From: Pristiophorus japonicus
Taxonomy: Eukaryota
NCBI RefSeq assembly: GCF_044704955.1
Contig: NC_091992.1
Span: forward strand, 125,488,001 to 125,552,000
DNA: 64,000 bases
Reading direction: 5' to 3'
In this document: positions 38,505-50,895 of the stretch, one piece after another
Layout: the number at the start of each line of letters is the position of its first letter
Position numbering within the stretch: position 1 is the stretch's first letter
The notes under the pieces: generated by a model
What the model saw: only the letters and a program-made list of their open reading frames with translations
What the model was told of the DNA's origin: nothing
Databases searched by the model: none
Translations under genes and position numbers: made by a program

Positions 38505-39270
38505 CAAAAGTCGATCTCTGTCTGGAATATACTCAACGACGGAGCTTCCACTGCTCTCTGGGGTAGAGAGTTCCAAAGATTCACCATCCTCTGAGCGAAG
38601 ATGTTTCTCCTTATCTCAGTCCTAAATGGCCGACCCCTTACTCTGAGACTGTGCCCCCGAGTTCTAGACTCCCCAGCCCGGGGAAACATCCTCCCTGCAT
38701 CCTCCCTGTCAGGTCCCTTAAGAATTTTATACATTTCAATGAGATCACCTCTCATTATTCTAAACTCTAGGGAATATAGGCCTAGTCTACTCAAACTCTC
38801 CTTCTCGGACAATCCTCCCATCCCAGAAATCAGTCTCGTGAACCTTTGTTGTACTCCATCTGTGGCTAGTATCCTTCCTTAGGTAAGGAGACCCAAACTA
38901 GACACACTACTCCAGGTGTGGTCTCAGCAAGGCCTGAAATAATTACAATATGATATTTTTACTCTTGTATTCAAATCCTTTTGTAATAAAGGCCAACATA
39001 CCATTTGTTTTCCTAATTGCTTGCTGAACCTGCATGTTAACTTTGAGTAATTTGTGTACAAGGACACCCAGGTCCCTCTGAACACCAACATTTCCCAATC
39101 TCTCTCACTGTTTAAAAAAATATTCCGCTTTTCTATTTTTCCTACCAAAATGTGGATAACTTCACATTTCTCCACATTATATTCCACCTGCCATGTTCTT
39201 GCCCACTCACTTAACCTGTCTATATCCCTTTCTTTACATCCTCCTTGCAACCGAACTTTCCCACCTAGCA
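38505..39270 (-). mobile_element. CR1 fragment
   Basis: LGLYSLEFRIMRGDLIEMYK; DIDRLSEWARTWQVEYNVEKC. Confidence 0.85.
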
Positions 39271-39521
39271 TTTGTATCACGGTAGCTCAGGGCAGAGCGT
39301 GATCTGATTGGTCATTTGTATCATGCCCGTCAACACCAAGCGCAGGAGAAAGCACATGACTCAGGTAGGTCAGGTTAGGTTGTAGCAATTTCTCATCACC
39401 CATCCTCAACCCCTGGTCTGATGGAACCCCACTCCAACAGCAAAGCACAAATCTTTCATCTCAATAGATAGCATCGACTGCCGCAGAACTCATAAACCTT
39501 CTGTTAGGTAAATGTGAGTAT

Positions 39522-41995
39522 TGGCCGTGGCTCAGTGGGCAGCACTCTCGCTTCTGCGTCAGAAGGTTGTGGGCTTGAGTCCCACTCCAGGGACTTGAGC
39601 ACCTAAAGTTCGGCTGACACTCCAGTGCAGTACTGAGGGAGTGCTGCACTGTCAGAGGTGCTGTCTTTCAGATGAGAAATTAAACTGAGGGCCCATTTGC
39701 TCTCTCGGGTGGACGTAAAAGATCCCATGGCACTATTTCGAAGAAGAGCAGGGGAGTTATTCCCGGTGTCCTGGCCAATATTTAACCCTCAATCAACACA
39801 ACAAAAAAAACAGATTATCTGGTCATTATCACACTGCTGTTTGTGGGAGCTTGCTGTGCATAAGAACATAAGAATTAGGAACAGGAGTAGGCCATCTAGC
39901 CCCTCGAGCCTGCTCCGCCATTCAACAAGATCATGGCTGATCTGGCCGTGGACTCAGCTCCACTTACCCGCCCCGCTCCCCATAACCCTTAATTCACTTA
40001 TTGGTTAAAAATCTATCTATCTGTGACTTGAATACATTCAATGAGCTAGCCTCAACTGCTTCCTTGGGCAGAGAATTCCACAGATTCACAACCCTCTGGG
40101 AGAAGAAATTCCTTCTCAACTCGGTTTTAAATAGGCTCCCCCGTATTTTGAGGCTGTGTCCCCTAGTTCTAGTCTCCCCTACAAGTGGAAACAACCTCTC
40201 TGCCTCTATCTTGTCTATCCCTTTCATTATTTTAAATGTTTCTATAAGATCACCCCTCATCCTTCTGAACTCCAACGAGTAAAGACCCAGTCTACTCAAT
40301 CTATCATCATAAGATAACCCCCTCATCTCCGGAATCAGCCTAGTGAATTGTCTCTGTACCCCCTCCAAAGCTAGTATATCTTTCCTTAAGTAGGGTGACC
40401 AAAACTGCACGCAGTACTCCAGGTGCAGCCTCACTAATACCCTATACAGTTGCAGAAGGACCTCCCTGCTTTTGTACTCCATCCCTCTCGCAATGAAGGC
40501 CAACATTCCATTCGCCTTCCTGATTACCTGCTGCACCTGCAAACTAACTTTTTGGAATTCATGCACAAGGACCCCCAGGTCCCTCTGCACTGCAGCATGT
40601 TGTAATTTCTCCCCATTCAAATAATATTCCCTTTTACTGTTTTTTTTCCCAAGCTGGATGACCTCACACTTTCCGACATTGTATTCCATCTGCCAAACCT
40701 TAGCCCATTCGCTTAACCTATCTAAATCTCATTGCAGCCTCTCTGTGTCCTCTACACAACCCGCTTTCCCACTAATCTTTGTGTCATCTGCAAATTTTGT
40801 TACACTACACTCTGTCCCCTCTTCCAGGTCATCCATGTATATTGTAAACAGTTGTGGTCCCAGCACCGATCCCTGTGGCACACCACTAACCACCGATTTC
40901 CAACCCGAAAAGGACCCATTTATCCCGACTCTCTGCTTTCTGTTAGCCAGCCAATTCTCTATCCATGCTAATACATTTCCACTACTCCGTGTACCTTTAT
41001 CTTCTGCAGTAACCTTTTGTGTGGCACCTTATCGAATGCCTTTTGGAAATCTAAATACACCATATCCATCGGTACACCTCTATCCATCATGCTCGTTATA
41101 TCCTCAAAGAATTCCAGTAAATTAGTTAAACATGATTTCCCCTTCATGAATCCATGCTGCGTCTGCTTGATTGCACTATTCCTATCTAGATGTCCCGCTA
41201 TTTCTTCCTTAATGATAGTTTCAAGCATTTTCCCCACTACAGATGTTAAACTAACCGGCCTATAGTTACCTGCCTTTTGTCTGCCCCCTTTTTTAAACAG
41301 AGGCGTTACATTAGCTGCTTTCCAATCCGCTGGTACCTCCCCAGAGTCCAGAGAATTTTGGTAGATTATAACGAATGCATCTGCTATAACTTTCGCCATC
41401 TCTTTTAATACCCTGGGATGCATTTCATCAGGACCAGGGGACTTGTCTACCTTGAGTCCTATTAGCCTGTCCAGCACTACCCCCTTAGTGATAGTAATTG
41501 TCTCAAGGTCCTCCCTTCCCACATTCCTGTGACCAGCAATTTCTGGCATGGTTTTTGTGTCTTCCACTGTGAAGACCGAAGCAAAATAATTGTTTAAAGT
41601 CTCAGCCATTTCCACATTTCCCATTATTAAACCCCCCTTCTCATCTTCTAAGGGACCAACATTTACTTTAGTCACTCTTTTCCGTTTTATATATCTGTAA
41701 AAGCTTTTACTATCCGTTTTTATGTTTTGCGCAAGTTTACCTTTGTAATCTATCTTTCCTTTCTTTATTGCTTTCTTAGTCATTCTTTGCTGTCGTTTAA
41801 AATTCTCCCAATCTTCTATTTTCCCACTAACCTTGGTCACCTTATACGCATTGGTTTTTAATTTGCCCAAATTGGCTGCCATGTTTCCCACATTACAACA
41901 GTGACTACACTCCAATAGTACTTCATTGGCTGTAAAGCATTTTGAGACGTCCGGTGGTTGTGAAAGGCGCTATATAAATCCAAATCTTTCTTTTC
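39522..41995 (+). mobile_element. Deu-domain SINE (39522-39860 and 41866-41995) split by a CR1
   Basis: GCTTGCTGTGC | ..CAAATTGGCTGCC contiguous across the insert. Confidence 0.8.
39860..41865 (-). mobile_element. CR1 LINE ORF2, 5'-truncated, frameshifted
   Basis: ORFs 40968-41915 and 39994-40689 with RT motifs. Confidence 0.94.
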
Positions 41996-42671
41996 TTTAT
42001 TCTCAAGGCCAGATACAGCAAGGGATTGAATTTTCCTCTCAGCTGTTTCATTACATTTTGGTAAGCAGTGATATCCAGTTCACTGCGCAATAACGTATAA
42101 TACCTGTACATGGTTATTGCATAGATCTCATTTTATTATTTCACAACCACAAGTAGAGTATGGATTCCAGCAACCCATCACAACACATCACATTCCTCAC
42201 CCACTCTTCGTGGATTGAAGTAGAAATCTGCCTAATTTGTTTAGGATTACGTCGCAGGCACAGAAAGCTCGGAGATTAATTCCATTTCATTATCCCCTCA
42301 AGGTCATGGAAAAGAAAGTGAATCACTCCAGCGGCATTATATGGATATAATCTAATGTTTTTCATTAAATGCACGCGCTTCCAATTTCACTATCTGTTGC
42401 CCTTGATATTACAGGTCCCGACAACCCCTCTAGCCCCCGCTTCCCAAATCCTGTTAGACAGCAGATACTTTACAAGTCAGTCACAATCTCAGACTTACCT
42501 GTACCTCAACAGTCTCCACAGGTACAAACCTGACGTGGGTTTGAACACATAACACTGTGGGCAAAACTTACCCAGACCTCCTCCTGCAACTGAGCAGTGG
42601 TTTGTGGATTAAACAGGTACAATTCAATAAATATTTTACCCAATTAAAAATTAGCACTACTGACACTCAGA

Positions 42672-43098
42672 GATAAGAATATAAGAATTAAGAGCAGGAG
42701 TCGACCATTCGGCCCCTCGAGCCTGCTCCGCCATTCAATGAGATCATGGCTGATCTTCTACCTCAACTCCACTTTCCTGCACTATCCCCATATCCCTTGA
42801 TTCCCTTAATATCCAAAAATCTATCGATCTCTGTCTTGAATATACTCAATGACTCAGCCTCCACAGCTCTCCAGGGTAGAGAATTCCAAAGATTCTCCAC
42901 CCTCAGAGAGAAGAAATTTCTCCTCATCTCAGTCCTAAATGGCCGACCCCTTATTCTGAGATTGAGACCACTGGTTCTAGACTTCCTAGCCAGGGGGGAA
43001 ACATCCTCCCTGCATTTGTCCTGTCGAGCCCTGTTTCAATGAGATCACCTCTCATTCTTCTAAGCTCAAGAGAATATAGGCCCATTCTACTCAATCTT
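42672..43098 (-). mobile_element. CR1 3' end
   Basis: LYSLELRRMRGDLIET; CR1 3' UTR. Confidence 0.82.
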
Positions 43099-43400
43099 GA
43101 GGAAGGTTTGCTAGATTTGATGGAAATCACAAAAATACTGTGAATACTGCAACATTGAGAAAACAATTTCCTCCCTTTGCCAAAGTTTTACTGTTTTCCC
43201 CTTATCAGAATCATTCAGCCTCCACCGTGAGCACAGAGCACCCCAGTGCAAAGGATGCCAGTGTACCAGCAGTGTGCTAGGTTCATTCGCTGCCTCCGAG
43301 TTGCATTTAAATGATGCATCTACCCAATAACACAGCTGGAGTAGCAAGGCAGCAATTCAACCGTCCAATGCCCACATGGGACGACACCGAAGGAGACCGC

Positions 43401-43890
43401 ACTAATGCAATTGCTTCATGGGTTATTTGCTTAAGAATTCATAGCAACACATTGCTATTAAGAACAAAGGTTTAACAATCACACTACACATTACCAGTTC
43501 ATCCACCAGGCTCACAACTGCATACCTCATCGTGGATGACATACACCCAACTGACTGGGGTTTTATTGAGTCTTGTGGACATCACATGACTGGCTAAGCC
43601 ATTCACAATGCAACAGCTCTACAACTATTTTAAAGTAAGGTTAATACAAGAGCCCCCTTAATAAAGGGCACCAGAATCAACAAATTAACAAGTAAAACTT
43701 TTTGAAACTACGGTCAAATTAAAATTTGGTTGCCAGGGGTGATGATGCACTCCAGTCCCTCCGGCGTCTACCTCTCGCGGAAGGCCGCGAGCACACCGCT
43801 GGACACCGTGTGCTCCATCTCCAGGGACACCCTGGCGCAATGCAACAGCTCTACAAACCTGTGAGCATACCAACAGGTACATACATTACA
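43401..43890 (-). mobile_element. Solo LTR family A carrying a Tx1-clade insertion
   Basis: Homologous to 3941-4592; ends TACATTACA at 43890; left terminus decayed. Confidence 0.82.
43625..43837 (-). mobile_element. Tx1-clade LINE 3' fragment
   Basis: ARVSLEMEHTVSSG..AAFRER; 19-bp TSD CAATGCAACAGCTCTACAA at 43606-43624 and 43838-43856. Confidence 0.85.
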
Positions 43891-44004
43891 GCCATCTTTA
43901 AATTCAAGGAATGAAATCGGAGAGCTCTGCACTGTGTCCCTCCTCCCCAGTACTCCTGACACCGATGCCATGCAGTGCTCCTTGCCTCTTCCCAGACTTC
44001 AAGG

Positions 44005-44440
44005 GTTAAGTTACCAGGAGGGATTGTGCAAATTAGGGATGTTTTCCCTAGAAATTAGAAGGTGAAGGGGTGATCTGATCAAAGTTTTCAGGATATTAAA
44101 GGGAACAGATTGGGTAGATAGAGAGAAGCTATTCCCGCTGGTTGGGGAGTCTAGGACTAGGGGGGCATAGTCTAAATATTAGAGCCAGACCTTTCAGGAG
44201 TGAAATTAGGAAACACTTCTACACACAAAGGGTGGTAGAAGTTTGGAACTCTCTTCTGTAAACAGCTATTGATACTCGATCAATTATTCCTTTTAAATCG
44301 GAGATTGATAGCCTTTTATTAAAAAAAGACATTAAGGGATATGGGGCAAAGGCGGGTATATGGAGTTAGGTCACAGATCAGCCACGATCTCATTGAATGG
44401 CGGAACAGGCTCGAGGGGCCGAATGGCCTCTTCCTGTTCC
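44005..44440 (+). mobile_element. CR1 3' end, older subfamily
   Basis: GGGTGATCTGATCAAAGTTTTCAGGAT; CR1-type 3' UTR. Confidence 0.75.
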
Positions 44441-44689
44441 TTCCCTCTCCCTCCCCATGTCAGGAAAGTGCTTGCAGCGTAACAGGTACCCAACTGGCCT
44501 TCACCGGTTGTTGGTAATACAACCCTGGGGCTCCCAGTGTGTGGTGAGAGACAAAGAGGGAGCACTTGCAAACTCTGCCAATGAGCGGCCCTTGTATTAT
44601 TGGTGAAGTCAGCGCATTTGTGCACCAGTGCATGTAGCACCCGAGTGCAGTAATGGTGCAGCACTCAGCCGCAGTAGGTGCTGCTACAT

Positions 44690-45062
44690 CAAGTGGGGGT
44701 ATGGTCGTGTGTTGGTCATGTTACTAGACTAGTTATTCAGAGCCCTGGTCTAATAATCTGGAGAACGCGAGCTCAAAATCCACCATGGCAAATTGAGGAT
44801 TTGATTTTTTTTAAATCTGGAATTAAACAGCTGGTACCAATAAAAGTGACCATGAAACTATAGGATTGTTGTTAAAAACCCAACCGGTTCACTAATGTCC
44901 TTTAGGGAAGGAAATCGGCCGTCCTTACCCAGTCTGGCCTATATGTCACTCCGGACCCACAGCAACGTAACTTCCCTGTGAAGTGGGCATGACCCTCAGT
45001 CGACTCAGGGCAGCTGGGGATGGGACAATAAATGCCAGCCTGCCCAGCGATGCCAAAGAAAA
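44690..45062 (+). mobile_element. SINE of a second family, sharing its 3' tail with the LINE at 57028-57370
   Basis: Degenerate tRNA-like head; tail ATAAATGCCAGCCTGCCCAGCGATGCC. Confidence 0.55.
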
Positions 45063-45820
45063 GAAAAAGAAGGGGCAACAAAACTTGTCTGGACTGTTCC
45101 ACAACTTGCCCATCAGCAAGACCATGTGTTTACGTGGACAGAATACTGCGGCTACAGAGCTGGCATCTGCTGGCTAAATCTGGTCAAAAATTATTTTAAC
45201 TAAGTATGTTCCAACCAGCAGCCAACAGTGGGAATTAACCCGATTCGCCACACAGGCCACAGCCTGGGGGAAAAAAATATACATCAACAAGCTCACTTCA
45301 AAACATAGTGGACCGTACTGGAGCAAAATCGCAGACCTCGGGACACAGCAGGAGACACAGTGTGCCATCAATGCCCTGTCAGCTCCCCTGCTACATAATG
45401 GAGGTGGAGAATGAGAGATAAGGCAGAGTTTTTTTTAAATTTAACGTCTGCATTCAACATTACAACTAATTCAAACCATTTCGGCGAAGATATTAGTCGG
45501 GAATTTTTGCACGGGGCACATCGAAATGCAGCCGTTATCACAACACTGTTCAGGCCCCAGAAACTGCTTTGCCTGGCACCATTTTCCTTTCAGCTTGCCT
45601 TGTTGCCACAATTCACGCAGCCAATCCAGTTTCAATATGAAATACATTCTGCACTCACCTCCTCGCTGCCCTGAGGTCCAGTGGCCTGTTCCAGTCACAA
45701 GTGCAGAAAGACAAACAAAAAAAGAGAGAGATAAATATTAGTATTTTTCTTCTTGAACCCGTTTTTGACTTTTCTGGAATTAACGAAAATGTTGTGAATT
45801 TTGCTCATTTTAATCATCGA

Positions 45821-46552
45821 TGTAATGTATTTGCTTCATGGGTTCTGTGTTTAAGAATTCACAGCAACACATTGCTATTAAGAACTAGTTGGTTTATTAA
45901 CAAATATTTAACAATAACGCAACACATTACCAGTTCATCCACTAGGCTCACAACTGCATACCTCATCATGGATGACCAAGACCCAACTGACTGGGGTTTT
46001 ATTGAGTCTTGTGAACATCACGTGACTGGCTCAGCCACTCACAATGCAACAGCTCTACAACTATTTTGAGTTGTATCAGTAATCAGGTGCCTTCTGATTA
46101 AAGGGGGGGGGTCACACTCCAAAAACTGTTCAAGTGTCCCCTCGTTTTTTGAGGGCACTAAAAACACAAATTATACACGTGCCCCTGGCTAAAGGGGGGG
46201 TGGGGGGGAATTAAAACCGACAAACTTAAACAAATTAAACGTTGGACAAGGTTCAAATTAAAATTTGGTTGCCGGGGGTGATGATGCGCTCCAGTCCCTC
46301 CGGCGCCCACCTCTGGCGGAAGGCCATGAGCGTACCGGTGGGCACCGCGTGCTCCATCTCCAGGGACACCCTGGCTCGGATGTAACCGCGGAAGAGAGGC
46401 AGGCAGTTGGGCTGAACGACCCCCTCGACCACCCGCTGCCTGGACCGGCTGATGGCCCCCTTGGCCATGCCCAGGAGCAGTCCTTCGAGGAGGCCCTCGG
46501 ACCTCAACAGCTCCACAAACCTGTGAGCATACTCACAGGTGCATAGATTACA
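45821..46552 (-). mobile_element. Solo LTR family A carrying a Tx1-clade insertion
   Basis: TGTAATGTA...GATTACA; homologous to the other three copies. Confidence 0.85.
46061..46504 (-). mobile_element. Tx1-clade LINE 3' fragment
   Basis: SEGLLEGLLLGMAKGAISRSRQR...PGNQILI*; 14-bp TSD CAACAGCTC(T/C)ACAA at 46047-46060 and 46505-46518. Confidence 0.88.
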
Positions 46553-47403
46553 ATTGTGATTTCATTCAAATAGAATAACTCCCCAGGAGCTCTTAAAGCA
46601 GATTTTTCTGCAACACAGTAATTTAGCATGTCATTCTTTAAAATATTTTAGATTTAATTACCCAACCCCCAGCCCCTCACCACCCCATTTCATTAAGCAT
46701 AAAGTATTAAAAGCCCATCTGCCAATAAACACATTTAGTTAGGTTCTTTAAAACAGCTTATCGATGAGGGACTGCTGGCAACGCAACGGGTACAATTCCT
46801 GCTGCCAATGCACTACAGCACGATGGGAAGTAGTTATGTCCCTGCAATTCTCCGCAAAAGTCCCTCGTCCCAGTCAAATAGTCAGGAGGAGGTCAGTCTT
46901 GCACACCTCATGGCAATGGGTTACAGCTCACTGGCAAATCTTCATGAGCAACTCAGCTGCCAGGAAGTGGTGTGTGGGACTCAAATAAGAGAACACTTAA
47001 ATGATAAGTGAAGTGGAGAAATAAGTTTTAATATGTAGCAAATAAAATAGAAAGTAAACCTGGTACCAACAATTGTGTTTGAAGCGGGAGTAGCCTTTTA
47101 GATATTCAAAAAACAGTGGCCTTATAAGTTACGGAGACCACAATCTCAACTATCTCTGAGACATTAGATCGAGTGACCAACAGAGAGATTTGTAATTCAT
47201 CCCCTTTCTATTATCTTATACAATACAGTGAAATCTCTTTATACTACTGTTATGTTTTCGGTACTACCTCACAAACACACAGCTTTTAAAATGGATGATA
47301 ACTTCAGGAGCCAATCAGGTGACCTGACCTGTTTATTCTTGCAAACAGCAACGGTTGCAATGCTACAGTAGTTCACTGGGTGGAGCTATATATATTGCAA
47401 CTA

Positions 47404-47840
47404 CAGGTTGGACCTCTGTGGTCCGGCACCCTAGGGAGCTGACCGGTGCCGAACCGGAGAATTTTCCGAACCACGGGAGGTCAGTATATGACGGTACCGA
47501 TACATCCGACATATGAATACGCCTAGTCTAGGCTTACCGGTACCTGTAGAGTGCTGCTCACTGCTCTCCCGGACTAACTTTAACATTCTTTTGTTTGTAT
47601 CTGTCCGCTTGTGTTTTGCTCTTTGGGCACTTTTCTTTATAAAAGTGACTGCTGATAATAGCAGAGAACCTGTCTGTTAATGAGGCCCACTGTCTCCAGA
47701 CATAAAATGGCACGATCACTGAAACACCTCGGGATGGACAGGCGTGGGAGAAGATGGCCGAAAGCGGCAGCTCCGCAAACTAATGCCGAAGCACGGATGT
47801 TTCCAGACCAGAGAGTCCTGGACCAGAGAGGTTCAACCTG
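47404..47840. mobile_element. Tc1/mariner (pogo/Tigger-like) MITE
   Basis: TA TSD on both sides; TIRs CAGGTTGGACCTCTGTGGTCC / GGACCAGAGAGGTTCAACCTG. Confidence 0.8.
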
Positions 47841-48627
47841 TACTCCATATTGAAAGCTATCTATCCTGTAAAATACTGTAAGGGGCACATGACTTTCTGG
47901 GGTGTTACAGAATGGTGCATGCAGACAGAATGCAATAGCATTGTTTCCTTAGATGGCCCCTTTCCCCTCTCCAAGAAAGTCCTCCGAATTACAAAATGGT
48001 GTCCATACCGCTGGGTTAAGGCCAGTTGAGTGCAGCATTTCTTGAGCATCTTTATGGGCGAGCGATCATTTCTGTGGTATATGGGCGAGATGCCGAAAGT
48101 AATACTCGGCGATAATCTGGGCGGTATTCGGGCATTGGTTTCCATTATAAACAGTCTTCTGGGCAGTGCACGAGTGATGACGTCAGAATTCAAAAAAAAA
48201 AAAATGTGGGCGGATGGTTCAGCTAATCCTCGACGTTAACTGTATGCCGAAAGTTACCACGGCGATAAGTAGGCAATAATTGGGCATTAGTTCCCATTTA
48301 TAATCAAATATGACCGTTAAACTCAATCTCGGCGGTTAAATGGGCGGTAACTGGGCGATCCCAATGGAAAGTCTAGCCCACGGTCTTTTTTAGCCCCACC
48401 ATTCTCACTGACTTCTCTGGAAGACACTCCTCAATCTACTTTGCACAGCGAGTTGTGAATATATCTAACTGACTACCCGGGGGTGAGACCGTGTGAGTGG
48501 ATGATGCTGGCAAATTCAAAAAGTTGCAGGTAATGTGACTGAGGGGTACGACAGATAGTATGATGAATGGCAATTTACAAAGTTTAATCTGGTCAGCTAC
48601 ACTGGTAAGGTCTCTTCTGGTTCTGTC

Positions 48628-48892
48628 TCATCATCATAGACAGTCCCTCGAACGAGGGTGACTTGCTTCCACAAGAGTTCACAGATGTTTCAATGAGGGA
48701 CCCGATGTTCCAGTCCCTGAGCTCCAATCGAGGGGGTGGAAGATGCCTGTGCGTGGGTTTTTTTTAACGTGTGGTGGCCGTTGCACACCAGCCACCACAC
48801 GGGCTTGACAGAGCTTGGCCTTTATCCAGTGGCAAGGGTTAACCAGGACGACTGGAGACCAGCTCTGCTGAACGGACCTTGTGCACACACAT
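48628..48892 (-). mobile_element. Short non-autonomous element with an RTE-type 3' tail
   Basis: Tail (minus) GGAAGCAAGTCACCCTCGTTCGAGGGACTGTCTATGATGATG matches the RTE ends at 13351 and 35500; internal hairpin CGTGTGGTGGC...GCCACCACACG. Confidence 0.6.
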
Positions 48893-49044
48893 AGGCAGCA
48901 ATCAAACAACAGGCACGTCTGAAGCTGTTTACAGCCCCATTCTGAAAGGCCAAATCAAGTCACTTCTCTGGTCTATTACTATCTTCTAATCAGCATTTTA
49001 CAGCCAGGCTGAAATAAAGACACCTGATGGTATACAACAGTAAA

Positions 49045-49390
49045 ACACCGCGGACGCTGGAATCTGAAATAAAAACAGAAAATGCTGGAAATACTCAGCG
49101 GGTCAGGCAGCATCTGTGGAGAGAGAAACAGAGTTAACGTTTCAGGTCTGTGACCCTTCGTCAGAACTGGAAACAGTTAAGAGATGTAGCGGGTTTTTAA
49201 GCAAGTGTAGGAGCGGGGAAAGTGGGGAGGGGAGGAAGGGACAAAAGGGGAAGGTCTGTGATAGGATGGAAGGCAGGAGAGATTAAGAGACAAACGAGAT
49301 GATGGTGCGAGGCAAAAGGAGATGGTAATGGGAAACAATAGATGAGTCTAGGTAGGGTGCAAATGGAGATGGCAGAGTCATCAACAGCTG
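49045..49390 (-). mobile_element. Penelope-like terminal repeat
   Basis: Reverse complement of 1-190, extending further. Confidence 0.7.
49132..49168 (-). ncRNA. Minimal type I hammerhead ribozyme motif with intact core
   Basis: AGUU-CUGACGA-A-GGGUC-ACA-GACCU-GAAAC-GUU-AACU; stem I AGUU/AACU; palindromic AACGUU stem III. Confidence 0.7.
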
Positions 49391-49782
49391 CCGTGAGAAA
49401 GAGGAAAAAAAACTGATGGTATAATGTCTTTTTTCTCTCCCGATTGATGTGTCAGGAACATAATGTCCTAAAATGTATCTCTCAGTTTTTCTAATTTTAC
49501 TGCAACCTCTGTGAAATTGATCTAAAAATGCCTTCACAAGATGTTTTCAACTCCAGTGTAACAACTCTCAACATTTCTCCCCAATTGCACTCTTCCACTT
49601 GTCACAGCACCTTTTAACTGAGGTGTTAAATTTAATATCAAATGCTTCTTTCTGCAAAACTCTCAAATGTTTTGCAAAAACTTCAAGAACTCTCCAGCAC
49701 AAAGGACAGCGCCAAGCTCACGGCAAAGTGCTATAGGCACGTGTAACAAGCATTACCTGAAAGTCGCTATGGCCATCATCCC

Positions 49783-49987
49783 TGTTGTGTATGCAATAAC
49801 TGTTAGACTGAGTACTGTTTAACTCCAAGAGGTATGACCTTGGCTCTGCTTTACTAAGGCCCAAAGTGACTAATATACAAAATGGCTGGCCTTTTATACT
49901 TGGGCTGCACACACGTGCGTGCAGCCCAATGGCCTCCAACATGGACGCCATCTAGTGGCTAGTGATGCCAGAAGTACACGCATGACA
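49783..49987 (-). mobile_element. Solo LTR (family D)
   Basis: TG...CA termini; 5-bp TSD ATCCC at 49778-49782 and 49988-49992; TATAAAA on minus. Confidence 0.8.
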
Positions 49988-50820
49988 ATCCCCAAGGCAT
50001 GCAGTATGTGAGCGTTACCAGTCATTTAGCGAATGCTGAAGAGCCCTCACGTGAGTGTCGGCTGTAGCTCAATGACATATAACTGAAAGGTTGCAGCAAA
50101 GAGCAAGTTCTTTCTGCCAGTGTCTGCATCCCCCATAGCTTTCCTAGAATCCATTTATATACCCTAAAGCTTAGATCCTCCTCACTGACAAAAACCCACT
50201 GCTCTCCCAATACTAGCTATCAATTAACAATTTTAAAAGTTAACATTTTTTGGTAAATTTTTGTTATCTAGTCTCAGGACCAAGCACTCCGAAGTTAAGT
50301 GTAGAATAGCCAGATTTGCTGCAAAGCTCCCTCGAGCCTGCCTCAGTTATGCGCATTAAAGTCTACTTCAAACGAGCACCCCACCCCTCTCCATTGCACC
50401 TTAATGTCAATTTTTCTGTTTCCCATTTTCTAATTTCTTTAAGCAATAGTCAATTTAGTGTAAAACTTTTGGGCAGTGCGTTAACGGTCTGTTCAAATCG
50501 TTGAACCTGCCCAAACTCATTTCACAGCAAGAGAGCAGACTTTCGTTCAAGCAGTATGTTTTTCAAACACAGGGATCTTTCTCTTCAGCAAGCCTTTCTT
50601 TTATTTCACTTGACGCACGTTTCCAGAATGCTCGAAAACTGCTGTAGAATGAGGTTGCATATAAGAACATCTCTGCCGTACATTCAATAACCCATTCCTG
50701 CCATGACAGCTTATTAAGATCACAGCGCAACATATTCTAATGCGAACGTATATCCATGTACGACTTGTTGCCAACCCTCACCTTGAACAGGTGTTGCTCG
50801 AGGCCGCTGGTTAACCCCAC

Positions 50821-50895
50821 CCACCTCCATGGCACGAACCTGGTATTGCAGTACTTCCAGGAACGGTGCAGTGGCTCTCGGCCTTTTGGCTAAGA
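50821..50895 (+). ncRNA. Circularly permuted U2 snRNA fragment (3' end joined to 5' end); not an intact U2 gene
   Basis: ACCTGGTATTGCAGTACTTCCAGGAACGGTGCA (50838-50870, U2 stem-loop IV) then TCTCGGCCTTTTGGCTAAGA (50876-50895, U2 nt 7-26), compared with the recalled vertebrate U2 sequence. Confidence 0.88.

Noticed and set aside
45816-46557. 5-bp TSD for the 45821 LTR
   Set aside because: Flanks ATCGA/ATTGT match at only 3 of 5 positions, so they were not used as evidence.
50821-50895. Functional U2 snRNA gene
   Set aside because: The order is permuted, and the branch-point recognition region and Sm site are missing.
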